32,000 nt of DNA. Origin: Ferroglobus placidus DSM 10642. Its GTDB lineage: Archaea > Halobacteriota > Archaeoglobi > Archaeoglobales > Archaeoglobaceae. This document shows, piece after piece, positions 1 to 6,594 of this stretch. The notes under the pieces were generated by a model that saw only the letters and a list, made by a program, of their open reading frames with translations, was not told where the DNA came from and made no database searches. The DNA is taken from positions 51,250 through 83,249 of the forward strand of contig NC_013849.1 of NCBI RefSeq assembly GCF_000025505.1, given 5' to 3'. The first letter of the stretch is position 1, and every line of letters begins with the position of its first letter. The position numbers and the translations under genes were made by a program.

Positions 1-593
1 TTCTGCTCGACGATCTTTTCACTTCCCAAACTCTGCAGAAGCATCGGCGTTGCGAAGAGTCCAGTTAGGAGGGGAAAGTAGAAATCTCCAGCCTCTAAAG
101 CTTTAAAGCCGAGAATTCCCGAGACAAAGAAGACCGCGAGAAAGTAAAGTCTTCTTTTTAACGTCGACAGCGAGCCTCCGAATGTGTCCTTTTCGTACCT
201 GAGAAAAAATATAAGAGCGAAAATTATGGCGAATTTGTAGAAGAACGAGAGATCGAAGCTGCTTATCGCGGCGACAACGTAAAAGAGCGGTAGTGAGAGA
301 ATTGCTGAAAAAAGTGAGGAGAAAGCTGAAATGGATATAGCTTTCCCTCCTTCACCTCTGTTAACGAGCTCGTGGGCTGGGAAGATAGTCAAAGCGGTGT
401 CTTCTTCCGGAACTCCCACAAACGTTGCCGGAATTATGTTGAGGAATGTGTGAGTTACGAGCATCGAAACTAAAATCACAGCCTCTTCGCTGTTTGCCGA
501 GGAGTAAAGAGAAGCTATCGTATTCGGATGAATACCGGGAATTAATCCCGTTAAACAGCCGAGAAAAATTCCTATCAAGCTTTCGAGAATCAT
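1..593 (-). CDS. Membrane protein, TctA/DUF112-like (N-terminal part; C-terminus lies beyond the window edge)
   Basis: Absent from the ORF track because it runs off the window. My reverse-strand translation from ATG 593..591 reads MILESLIGIFLGCLTGLIPGIHPNTIASLYSS...LFATPMLLQSLGSEKIVEQ. It is open to position 1 and strongly hydrophobic. The GLIPGIHPNT segment resembles TctA/DUF112 permeases (from memory). The start overlaps the upstream gene stop as ATGA (590..593). Confidence 0.55.
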   Translation of the reverse strand, partial: MILESLIGIFLGCLTGLIPGIHPNTIASLYSSANSEEAVILVSMLVTHTFLNIIPATFVGVPEEDTALTIFPAHELVNRGEGGKAISISAFSSLFSAILSLPLFYVVAAISSFDLSFFYKFAIIFALIFFLRYEKDTFGGSLSTLKRRLYFLAVFFVSGILGFKALEAGDFYFPLLTGLFATPMLLQSLGSEKIVEQ

Positions 594-1213
594 TTAATGA
601 ATCTCCTGACGAAATCCTCGCTGACGTTCGAAACTTCGGAAATTTTTGCAGCGTCTCTGCTCCCTATTCTCTTGGAAATCATTTCGAAGTAGTCCAAAGC
701 AACTTCTTCATCCTCCAGATCCCACATCCCCGAGAACATCGGGTGAGCGTCTTTTAGGAAGTCGCTAATCCACTCTATGTTCTTACCCTCCATAAATCGC
801 TCCAGGTACCCTTCTTCGTAGAGTAGGCAATCTTTAAGGATGAGCTTGACCGATTGAATTACTCTCTCGTAGTCGTACTTTCTGTTTGGAGGAGAGTACT
901 TCTCGATTATTCTATCAATTTCCTCCTTCGTGAAGTCGAAAACCTTCTTTTTCGAGCTTTTTGAAACTTCTTTTAAAACGTAAAACGTTCTCTCATCTAC
1001 CGGCGATTTCCTCGACTTGCCCCCACTTCTGAGCACCACGTAGTAAATAGAGTTGGCTACTCCCAAATCTCTCTTCGTGAAGTTCTCGATTTCCTCGTAG
1101 CTTGCCAGAGTCGACAGTATTAGCCTTATCAAAGCGTGCTCTTTCAAGTCCTTTCGCGAGGATATGCATATGTGCTGGAGATCCTCTTCGACCATTATCA
1201 GTTCTTCGTGCAT
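590..1213 (-). CDS. Hypothetical protein with a degenerate tyrosine-recombinase-like half-domain and an HTH-like C-terminal tail
   Basis: 207-aa ORF. Segment KEHALIRLILSTLASYEEIENFTKRDL...VVLRSGGKSRKSPVDERTFYVLKE follows the first half of the integrase catalytic-domain pattern (ALxxLLxSTGxRxSExxxLxxxD...GKGGKxRxVP). The catalytic Arg position is Ser/Tyr and no HxxR...Y half is visible. A TTAAAATAT box lies about 25-35 nt upstream of the ATG on the minus strand. The stop is coupled (ATGA) to the next gene. Confidence 0.45.
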   Translation of the reverse strand: MHEELIMVEEDLQHICISSRKDLKEHALIRLILSTLASYEEIENFTKRDLGVANSIYYVVLRSGGKSRKSPVDERTFYVLKEVSKSSKKKVFDFTKEEIDRIIEKYSPPNRKYDYERVIQSVKLILKDCLLYEEGYLERFMEGKNIEWISDFLKDAHPMFSGMWDLEDEEVALDYFEMISKRIGSRDAAKISEVSNVSEDFVRRFIK

Positions 1214-1251
1214 AGTAAAAGTGATAATGCAGTAGCTGATATTTTAATCTT

Positions 1252-1530
1252 GTGAAGCATCCAGCCATAGTTCAGGTGAGAACGGAGATCGAAAAAGCCT
1301 TGGAAATAGCTAAAAAATTCGTTACTGAGGTGGAAAGAAGAGAGGATGGCGTGGACATATACTTTGAAGACGTTAACGAGGCGAGAAGGTTTATAAGCGT
1401 ATTTAAAAGAGCGACGAAAAAGAAAATCCTCGTAAAATCGAGCACTAGTTACGCTGGTTTGAGAAAGGGGAGAGTCAGGTACCTCTTTACTTACTCTCTG
1501 AAGGAGAATGAAGGTAGAAGACTACGTTAA
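1252..1530 (+). CDS. Small hypothetical protein (92 aa), NMD3-domain-like
   Basis: GTG-initiated ORF (alternative GTG at 1276). REDGVDIYFEDVNEARRFISVFKRA...KSSTSYAGLRKGRVRYLFTYSL resembles the DG-x-D-F-Y-F ... S-x-K-L-x-G ... Y-x-x-T-x-S stretch of the NMD3 N-terminal domain (memory-based, needs an HMM search). It lacks the Zn-finger Cys pairs. Its 3' end overlaps the next gene by 23 nt. Confidence 0.4.
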   Translation: MKHPAIVQVRTEIEKALEIAKKFVTEVERREDGVDIYFEDVNEARRFISVFKRATKKKILVKSSTSYAGLRKGRVRYLFTYSLKENEGRRLR

Positions 1531-2428
1531 GATAAGGAACGAACTGAAAAGGATCGAGGATTTAAACAAAGTCGTCAGAAGGTATGGGATTAGAAGGGGG
1601 ACTGCTTTCAGCATTCTCGTTCAGAAAAAGGTTAGTTACGTAAGGAAAAACTACTACAAGTTTGAGAGGAGAGCTGAAGAGATCCTCGAGTACTGGGAAA
1701 CGAACAAAAGCTTTCCGAGCTGGTTGAAGCTTCCGCCGGTTATGAAGCTAAGACTGCTCTTTAAGGCTATGGGTATGAGCAAGAAGAGGATTGCGAAAGT
1801 TCTTAAAAATCCGGAGGAGTTGAGTGAATTCGAGGATTTAATTTACGACGCTATGTATAGAGATTACGTCTACTCCCCCGTAGCAGCTGAAAATCTGGCT
1901 GCGAGGGGAAAAATTGGTGAGAAAATAGTTGAAAGATATTTGATAGCTCGAGGGGTTGATTTTATCTCTGAGAAAGAAATTCGAGGAGACAAAACGCCGG
2001 ACTTTCTGATTCAAAGCGAGCTGAAAATTGGAGGAAGAAAAGTTCGCTGGATAGAAAGCAAGTCGATGTTTGGCGATGTTTTTGCCTACGAGGACAATCT
2101 CAAGCAGTTTGAAAAGTATTCGAGCGAATTTGGGGAAGGCGCTGTAATTTTCTGGCACGGCTTTTTGGACGTTTTGAGGGATAAGGAGTTTCTAATAATC
2201 TCGGATATCGGGCATCCAAGCGGGGAGAAGAGATTTCTGAAGGATATGGTGGTCAAAATTAGCGACGAAGGGGAGTTTTCTTGGAAGGGCGGAGAAGAGA
2301 TGAGGAGCGGAAAATTCGTCAGAGAGCTAATAAGATTTTTCAAAAGCTGCTCGACTTCGATTGCTGCTGAAGAGAAAATGGCTGTGAAGAAAGCGCTTGA
2401 AAAATTTGGGTATGTTGTCACTGCTTAG
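1508..2428 (+). CDS. TPD-motif PD-(D/E)xK nuclease-fold protein, CDIN1 (C15orf41)-like, with N-terminal HTH regions
   Basis: 306 aa. KTPDFLIQ...VRWIESKS gives the TPD motif plus a D...E-x-K nuclease core. Upstream HTH-like segments are GIRRGTAFSILVQ and GMSKKRIAKVLK. The family assignment (Pfam TPD / CDIN1) is from memory of the motif. Confidence 0.7.
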   Translation: MKVEDYVKIRNELKRIEDLNKVVRRYGIRRGTAFSILVQKKVSYVRKNYYKFERRAEEILEYWETNKSFPSWLKLPPVMKLRLLFKAMGMSKKRIAKVLKNPEELSEFEDLIYDAMYRDYVYSPVAAENLAARGKIGEKIVERYLIARGVDFISEKEIRGDKTPDFLIQSELKIGGRKVRWIESKSMFGDVFAYEDNLKQFEKYSSEFGEGAVIFWHGFLDVLRDKEFLIISDIGHPSGEKRFLKDMVVKISDEGEFSWKGGEEMRSGKFVRELIRFFKSCSTSIAAEEKMAVKKALEKFGYVVTA

Positions 2429-3251
2429 CCACTCTTTCCGATCTCGGTACGAACTCAACGACCTCTCTTTGAAACATGGGCTGCGGATACAGCTCCATTA
2501 ACTCGTAAACCTCCTTAGGAACTTCCGTCTTCACGTTGAACCCCATTTTTTTCAACTCTTCTGGAGTTAGAGGGTAATCGTGAGTCCACCTACCTTCCGT
2601 GAGGGTCTTTGCTATTTCTTCCGCTTTTTCTCTACCCATTCTGTCTTCGAGAAGTTCCACTATAAATTCTCTCAGCTGTTTTATCGCCTTTTCAGCAACA
2701 TCTGCGAGAATCAAAGTTTGGTCGTCAACTTCGTTAACATCTTTTCTTTCAACAGCCTTCAGTATCGAAGGGGCTGGGTAGCCCATAATTTGAGGGTCGA
2801 GAGGTCCAAGGACAGCGTGAGGATCCATTATAATCTCATCAGCCGCTATCGCTATCAAAGTTCCTCCGCTCATCGCATAGTGAGGGACTATAACTGTCGT
2901 TTTAGCCGGGTGGTCCTTTATCGCTTTAGCTATCTGCGTTGCAGCAAGAACCAATCCACCGGGAGTGTGGAGAATCAGGTCTATCGGCGTGTCTCTCGGA
3001 GTCATTCTTATCGCTCTCAAAACCTGCTCCGAGTCTTCGATGTTTATAAAGCGATAAAAGGGGATGCCGAGCAAACCGATTCTTTCCTGTCTGTGTATTA
3101 GCGTTATAACGCTACTCCCCCTCACTCTGCTCAACCTTTCCATCGCCTTTACTCTCATCATCTGAAGCCTTCTGTAGTTTAACTGGGGAGATATTAGCAG
3201 ATAAAAGAACAGGAGAAACCAGAATATCGAAAACGGGTCGAAGTAGTTCAT
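2418..3251 (-). CDS. Membrane-anchored ClpP-fold serine protease, SDH (serine dehydrogenase proteinase)/SppA-like family
   Basis: 277 aa. It has an N-terminal TM segment (FSIFWFLLFFYLLISP), then ITLIHRQE...IDLILHTPGGLVLAATQIAKAIKDHPAKTTVIVPHYAMSGGTLIAIAADEIIMDPHAVLGPLDPQ, typical of the SDH_sah/ClpP-class periplasmic serine protease family. Confidence 0.8.
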   Translation of the reverse strand: MNYFDPFSIFWFLLFFYLLISPQLNYRRLQMMRVKAMERLSRVRGSSVITLIHRQERIGLLGIPFYRFINIEDSEQVLRAIRMTPRDTPIDLILHTPGGLVLAATQIAKAIKDHPAKTTVIVPHYAMSGGTLIAIAADEIIMDPHAVLGPLDPQIMGYPAPSILKAVERKDVNEVDDQTLILADVAEKAIKQLREFIVELLEDRMGREKAEEIAKTLTEGRWTHDYPLTPEELKKMGFNVKTEVPKEVYELMELYPQPMFQREVVEFVPRSERVAKQ

Positions 3252-3289
3252 GTTTGATTATATCTCTATCTCTCATATATTTGCTTTTT

Positions 3290-3298
3290 GACGGCGAA
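3290..3298. repeat. Target-site duplication of ISA1214, left copy (GACGGCGAA)
   Basis: The identical 9-mer GACGGCGAA directly abuts both outer ends of the element (3290..3298 and 4513..4521). Confidence 0.85.
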
Positions 3299-3315
3299 GG
3301 TTTTGGGACAAAATT
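3299..3315. repeat. ISA1214 left terminal inverted repeat
   Basis: GGTTTTGGGACAAAATT. The reverse complement of 4496..4512 is GACTTTGGGACAAAATT. Confidence 0.85.
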
Positions 3316-3318
3316 CCT

Positions 3319-3492
3319 TTAATCCCTGACAACAATCACATACGCTCTCCACCCAATATACCTCTTGGGCACATCAACCTTTGCTGAATTACCGAAAGGC
3401 GTGACTCTCTTCTCGAAAACAACCTCAACCTCCTCTTTCAGAACAAAATCTCCCTTCTTCACTTCAACCCTCCTCATGTTAAGTATATCCAT
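3319..3492 (-). CDS. Small transposon-encoded protein, DUF2080-like (57 aa)
   Basis: This is the last 57 codons of the 136-aa track ORF, starting at ATG 3492: MDILNMRRVEVKKGDFVLKEEVEVVFEKRVTPFGNSAKVDVPKRYIGWRAYVIVVRD. The TPFGNS-x-KV-x-VPK...G motif matches my memory of the archaeal putative transposon-encoded protein family (DUF2080). The upstream part of the track ORF overlaps the transposase start and looks non-coding. Confidence 0.6.
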   Translation of the reverse strand: MDILNMRRVEVKKGDFVLKEEVEVVFEKRVTPFGNSAKVDVPKRYIGWRAYVIVVRD

Positions 3493-3528
3493 AGAAATAC
3501 TTAAATACTTTTTGGTTGGAATCAGAAC

Positions 3529-4497
3529 ATGAACCTTGGATTCAGAGTGACAGGGAAGTTTGTAAGGGAACTTCTGGATGTTTTGGATGAAATTGCAGAG
3601 GAGATAAGACAGGAGGAGAAGGAAAAGTATCCGTACACAGAATGGGAGAGGAAGAGAGAAGTTGTTAAGGAAAGGCTGAGAAAACTCCCTGAATACGTTA
3701 GAGAGGCTATTTCTGTGATAACCGTGCAAAAGAGGGTGGGAAGACCAAAGAAAGTTGATCTGGAGAAGAGAGTTATGCTCTTTCTGTTTGCAAGGCTGAT
3801 GGACAAATCAAACAGAGATATTGAGGAGCTTTTAGAGCTGTTTGAACCTTTATTCGGGATAAAGGTTAGCTACAAAACGATAGAAAGATTATACTCGGAT
3901 GAAGAAGTTAGAATGGCTTTACACAACCTCTTCATCCTTCTGCTTAGAGAGGAAGGAGTTTCAGGAGATTTTTCAGGAGATGGGACAGGATACAGCCTAA
4001 CCATCACTAAGCACTATAGAAGCAATCCTAAAAGGAAAGGTAAAGACTTCAGATACGTTTTCAGGATAATTGACATCGATACGGGAATGTACGTTGGCTT
4101 TGGCTATTCTGACAGATCTGAGAAAGATGCCTTTGAGAAGGCTTTAGGAATGCTCAAAAGCATGGGGGTGAAGGTAAACTCGATTTCTCTGGATAAGTAT
4201 TACAGCAGTAGGAAGACTCTGAGGCTGTTTGATGCTGAGACAGCTGTCTACGTCATTCCAAAGCGAAATCTTGCCAGAATAGGATTTGACTGGTTGAGGG
4301 TTATCGAGAGGATTGTTGAAGCTCCTTATAGGTTTCTGAAGAGGTACTTCAAGAGGAACTTAAGTGAGGCAGGATTTTCTGCTGATAAGAGGAGATTTGG
4401 ATGGTTGATAAGGCAGAGGAGGGAGGACAGGAGAGAGATGGCTTTGTTTGCTGTCGGGCTTTGGCACAACATATTTGCTGTGAGGGTGATGAGGTAA
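3529..4497 (+). CDS. ISA1214-type transposase (322 aa)
   Basis: A full-length ORF inside the IS whose stop codon lies inside the right inverted repeat. Candidate DDE residues sit in GDGTGYS, ISLDKYY and a downstream E. It has a basic C-terminal tail. Confidence 0.85.
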   Translation: MNLGFRVTGKFVRELLDVLDEIAEEIRQEEKEKYPYTEWERKREVVKERLRKLPEYVREAISVITVQKRVGRPKKVDLEKRVMLFLFARLMDKSNRDIEELLELFEPLFGIKVSYKTIERLYSDEEVRMALHNLFILLLREEGVSGDFSGDGTGYSLTITKHYRSNPKRKGKDFRYVFRIIDIDTGMYVGFGYSDRSEKDAFEKALGMLKSMGVKVNSISLDKYYSSRKTLRLFDAETAVYVIPKRNLARIGFDWLRVIERIVEAPYRFLKRYFKRNLSEAGFSADKRRFGWLIRQRREDRREMALFAVGLWHNIFAVRVMR

Positions 4498-4512
4498 TTT
4501 TGTCCCAAAGTC
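4496..4512. repeat. ISA1214 right terminal inverted repeat
   Basis: AATTTTGTCCCAAAGTC, the inverted copy of 3299..3315 (15/17). Confidence 0.85.
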
Positions 4513-4521
4513 GACGGCGAA
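4513..4521. repeat. Target-site duplication of ISA1214, right copy (GACGGCGAA)
   Basis: Identical to 3290..3298 and directly abutting the right IR. Confidence 0.85.
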
Positions 4522-4573
4522 AATTAACTTAAAAATCGAAACGTTAATAGTCGTATCAGCGGGGTTGAAAGTG

Positions 4574-4714
4574 ATGATTAGCAGAGCTGAGAAAATCCTT
4601 ACCCCGCTTATGATTGGAGTTCTGATCTTTCTTGTGAACTTCTCTATTCTGACCTACGTCTTTTCAGCGTTTCCTTGGATCGTAAGCTTGTTTTTTGGGG
4701 TTCAGCAGACTTAG
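4574..4714 (+). pseudogene. 5' fragment of a CPBP (CAAX/Abi) intramembrane protease gene, interrupted by the IS607-family element
   Basis: My translation from ATG 4574 is [46 protein letters not shown], two hydrophobic helices with host-like codon usage. It stops 6 nt into the inferred IS end. Joining 4708 to 6595 is in frame with the CPBP 3' fragment. Caveat: the stretch is antisense to the tail of the TnpB ORF, so the open frame could be a mirror artefact. Confidence 0.45.
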
Positions 4715-5948
4715 TGACAGACGTACGTCCGCCTTGGGACACATCAACCTCAGCCCCCTCAGGGTTCATCGGGAGCATATCATCGGTCTCGTCCCCTTTC
4801 AGGGTAACCCCACTCCTTCTCAGGATCGGGAGGATTACTTCCTCCCAAACCTTCATAGAAGGAGGGAAACCCCACATCTTTAGGTAGAGATTTATCGAAG
4901 CATTCAATTGTCTGTTAATCTTTAGTCCGCATTTACATTCCAAAACCTGTCCCTTTCGGTGCTTCATTTTTCCACCACATCTGGGACAGGTTTTGGTAGA
5001 GTTTTTAGGGTTGAGCAATTTGATTCGGGATTTGTAGCTCATTAAAAACACTATTTGCTTCCAATTTTGCTTAGAAATAACCCTATTATGAGTTCTCCTA
5101 TCGTTGTACATTCCTTGCTTATCTAAATTCTCGAAGCCGAGCTCGTAATCCTTAAACTCTTCAGCAAGCTTCGTGGTAAGCTTGTGCAGAAAGTCCTTAA
5201 CCTTGTTCCTATATCTCTTGGAATACTTCTCCATTAATCTTTTGGCGGTCTTCGGCTTAGTTTTACTTAAACTCTGGATTTTCCGCCTCTTGTTCTCGTA
5301 AGTTATGTGTAAAGTGTATAGAAGCTTCAAATCGACTTTGATCCATCCTCTATCGCAGAATCCGTCCATACTAAGTAGATTTAAATCCCACGCAATTTTC
5401 TTCTTAGGATTTCTTTCAACGGGTTTTCTGAACGTGATAATTAGCTCGTTCTCTTTCAGAATCAGCTCACCGAGATTGCAACCCTCCACCTTCTTCTTAA
5501 ACCAAATCCTCGATAGATCGAATTCGAGATAAGTCTTTCTCGGTTCTACTGTAACCTTAATTTTGTCATCTCTGAAAGTGTAAAGAGTCTCCTTAACCCT
5601 AACAAACTTCCTTTTGACGGTGGGTTTGTTCCTACCCCTTTTACCCCTTAGGTAGTTTTTCCTCCAAGAGTTCAGAATCGAGTAAGCTGTTTTTATTGCC
5701 GAATCGACATAATGAGATGCATAGCTCCAATCTTTCAGCAACTTGTTTCTCAGATTTCTCTTAAAATCTCTCGATTTTGGAATTGTCGGAATGAGTCTTT
5801 TACCTTTTCTCTTCCACTCAATTTTATCCCAGATCTCATCTATCGCTCTCTGCAAAAGACACCTGTAGCTACTTAGAAATTCCTTCACATCGTAGTCGTG
5901 CTTGATCTTGTAGCTAAGGATCACTAATGAGCTGTTTTGCACCTTCAA
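4644..5948 (-). CDS. tnpB: TnpB (IS605 OrfB-family, RNA-guided-nuclease lineage) with a non-canonical RuvC-III motif
   Basis: 434-aa ORF with a TTG start (alternative GTG starts nearby). RuvC-I is KIAWDLNLL (D188) and RuvC-II is ELGFENLD (E273). The zinc finger is CPRCG...CKCG (C321/C324/C338/C340), followed by [11 protein letters not shown] where DRDxNAAxNI is expected. The last ~21 codons lie beyond the inferred IS end. Confidence 0.85.
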   Translation of the reverse strand: MKVQNSSLVILSYKIKHDYDVKEFLSSYRCLLQRAIDEIWDKIEWKRKGKRLIPTIPKSRDFKRNLRNKLLKDWSYASHYVDSAIKTAYSILNSWRKNYLRGKRGRNKPTVKRKFVRVKETLYTFRDDKIKVTVEPRKTYLEFDLSRIWFKKKVEGCNLGELILKENELIITFRKPVERNPKKKIAWDLNLLSMDGFCDRGWIKVDLKLLYTLHITYENKRRKIQSLSKTKPKTAKRLMEKYSKRYRNKVKDFLHKLTTKLAEEFKDYELGFENLDKQGMYNDRRTHNRVISKQNWKQIVFLMSYKSRIKLLNPKNSTKTCPRCGGKMKHRKGQVLECKCGLKINRQLNASINLYLKMWGFPPSMKVWEEVILPILRRSGVTLKGDETDDMLPMNPEGAEVDVSQGGRTSVTKSAEPQKTSLRSKETLKRRRSE

Positions 5949-6594
5949 CCACCTTCTTATACTTATGACTCCTCATCCCGTAAAGCTTACCGGCGAAATG
6001 GGAAATTATAGTGATCAGATCTTCGATCAGCTCTTCTTGAGGTGTTTTAGCTCTCTTGTTTATCACTACGATCTCAGTCCCGTAACTTTTGAAAAATTCT
6101 TCCAGAATCTTGAATCCAAACCTCGTTAGTCTGTCTGGGTAAGCTACGATAACTTTGGAAACTTCTTTGTTCATTACCATCTTCAATAACTTTTGGAAAT
6201 TTTTCCTATCCTCTTTTAACCCAGATCCAACATCTTTAAGAATTTCTATATCATCCCATCCCTTCTCCTTAGCGTAAGCTTTGATCAGCTCAATCTGTCT
6301 CTCCAAATCGTCTTTCTGAGTATGTGACGAAACTCTCGCATATCCTACTACTTTCCTCTCCTCGTAGATCCCTAAAATCCTCTTTATCTCAGATTCTGGA
6401 ACTCTCCTCTTCCCTCCTATAGTTCTAATACATCTTATCTTCCCTGCTTTGTCCCATCTTTGAAGAGTTCTTACACTTACTCCAAGTATTCTCGATGCTT
6501 CTTTCATCGTGTAATGTTTTTCCATTAATGTGCATATTTGTCTATCAAATATTTAATAGTTCCGCAAAGCAAAGGCAGCTGGTGGATTCACCAG
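4709..6594 (-). mobile_element. IS607-family insertion sequence (tnpA serine recombinase + tnpB), about 1.89 kb; boundaries approximate
   Basis: It has the overlapping tnpA (MerR-HTH + serine recombinase) then tnpB pair typical of IS607. I saw no terminal inverted repeats or long target duplication, as expected for serine-recombinase IS. The boundaries are inferred from the split CPBP gene. Both junctions carry a similar TTCA-x-CAG sequence (GGTTCAGCAG|ACTT at 4708/4709; GATTCACCAG|CCTT at 6594/6595), so the ends are ambiguous by up to 3 bp, or more if the CPBP inference is wrong. Confidence 0.7.
5914..6525 (-). CDS. tnpA: IS607-family TnpA: MerR-like HTH fused to a serine-recombinase (resolvase) catalytic domain
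   Basis: 203 aa. The N-terminal MerR-type HTH is [24 protein letters not shown]. The catalytic region is [19 protein letters not shown] followed by [10 protein letters not shown]. It overlaps the tnpB start by 35 nt. Confidence 0.9.
   Translation of the reverse strand: MEKHYTMKEASRILGVSVRTLQRWDKAGKIRCIRTIGGKRRVPESEIKRILGIYEERKVVGYARVSSHTQKDDLERQIELIKAYAKEKGWDDIEILKDVGSGLKEDRKNFQKLLKMVMNKEVSKVIVAYPDRLTRFGFKILEEFFKSYGTEIVVINKRAKTPQEELIEDLITIISHFAGKLYGMRSHKYKKVVEGAKQLISDP

Larger units (their letters stand above)
3299..4512 (+). mobile_element. Insertion sequence ISA1214 (Archaeoglobus fulgidus type), complete copy
   Basis: It is bounded by 17-bp terminal inverted repeats, GGTTTTGGGACAAAATT at 3299..3315 and AATTTTGTCCCAAAGTC at 4496..4512 (15/17, inner 14 bp perfect), and flanked by a 9-bp direct repeat. 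The length 4512-3299+1 is 1214 bp, matching the name. It contains a small DUF2080-like ORF and a 322-aa transposase, arranged divergently around a 36-bp spacer with a tandem AAATACTT AAATACTT repeat (3495..3510). Confidence 0.9.

Noticed and set aside
446-757. 103-aa plus-strand ORF spanning the junction of two minus-strand genes
   Set aside because: It lies antisense to two better-supported minus-strand genes (the TctA-like and 207-aa proteins) that are coupled by an ATGA overlap. It has no recognisable motifs and looks like a shadow ORF.
3319-3729. 136-aa version of the minus-strand ORF inside ISA1214
   Set aside because: Only the last 57 codons (from ATG 3492) look like a real DUF2080-type protein. 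The upstream 79 codons are low-complexity Leu/Phe/Ser sequence antisense to the transposase 5' end.
4557-4608. Perfect 8-bp GC-rich inverted repeat AGCGGGGT...ACCCCGCT with a 36-nt spacer around the CPBP fragment start
   Set aside because: By my estimate some tens of such 8-bp inverted repeats with spacers up to 60 nt are expected by chance in 32 kb. There is no supporting feature.
4571-4660. C/D-box sRNA-like elements (GTGATGA at 4571..4577, CTGA at 4587..4590, further TGATT/CTGA downstream)
   Set aside because: The spacing is wrong for an archaeal C/D sRNA (9 nt and 6 nt guides instead of about 12). The C' box is degenerate, and the terminal stem is not adjacent to the boxes.
4720-4729. 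Perfect 10-bp palindrome GACGTACGTC near the inferred IS607 end, and the CTGGTG-GATT-CACCAG near-palindrome at the other end (6579..6594)
   Set aside because: 10-bp palindromes are expected about 30 times per 32 kb. The two ends do not share the sequence, so I cannot claim them as recombinase binding sites.
6538-6594. Start and first 19 codons of the 120-aa CPBP ORF ([19 protein letters not shown])
   Set aside because: This part reads out of the IS607-family left end, starts with TTG and has no CPBP-like N-terminal helices. I treat it as read-through of element sequence, not as the native start.
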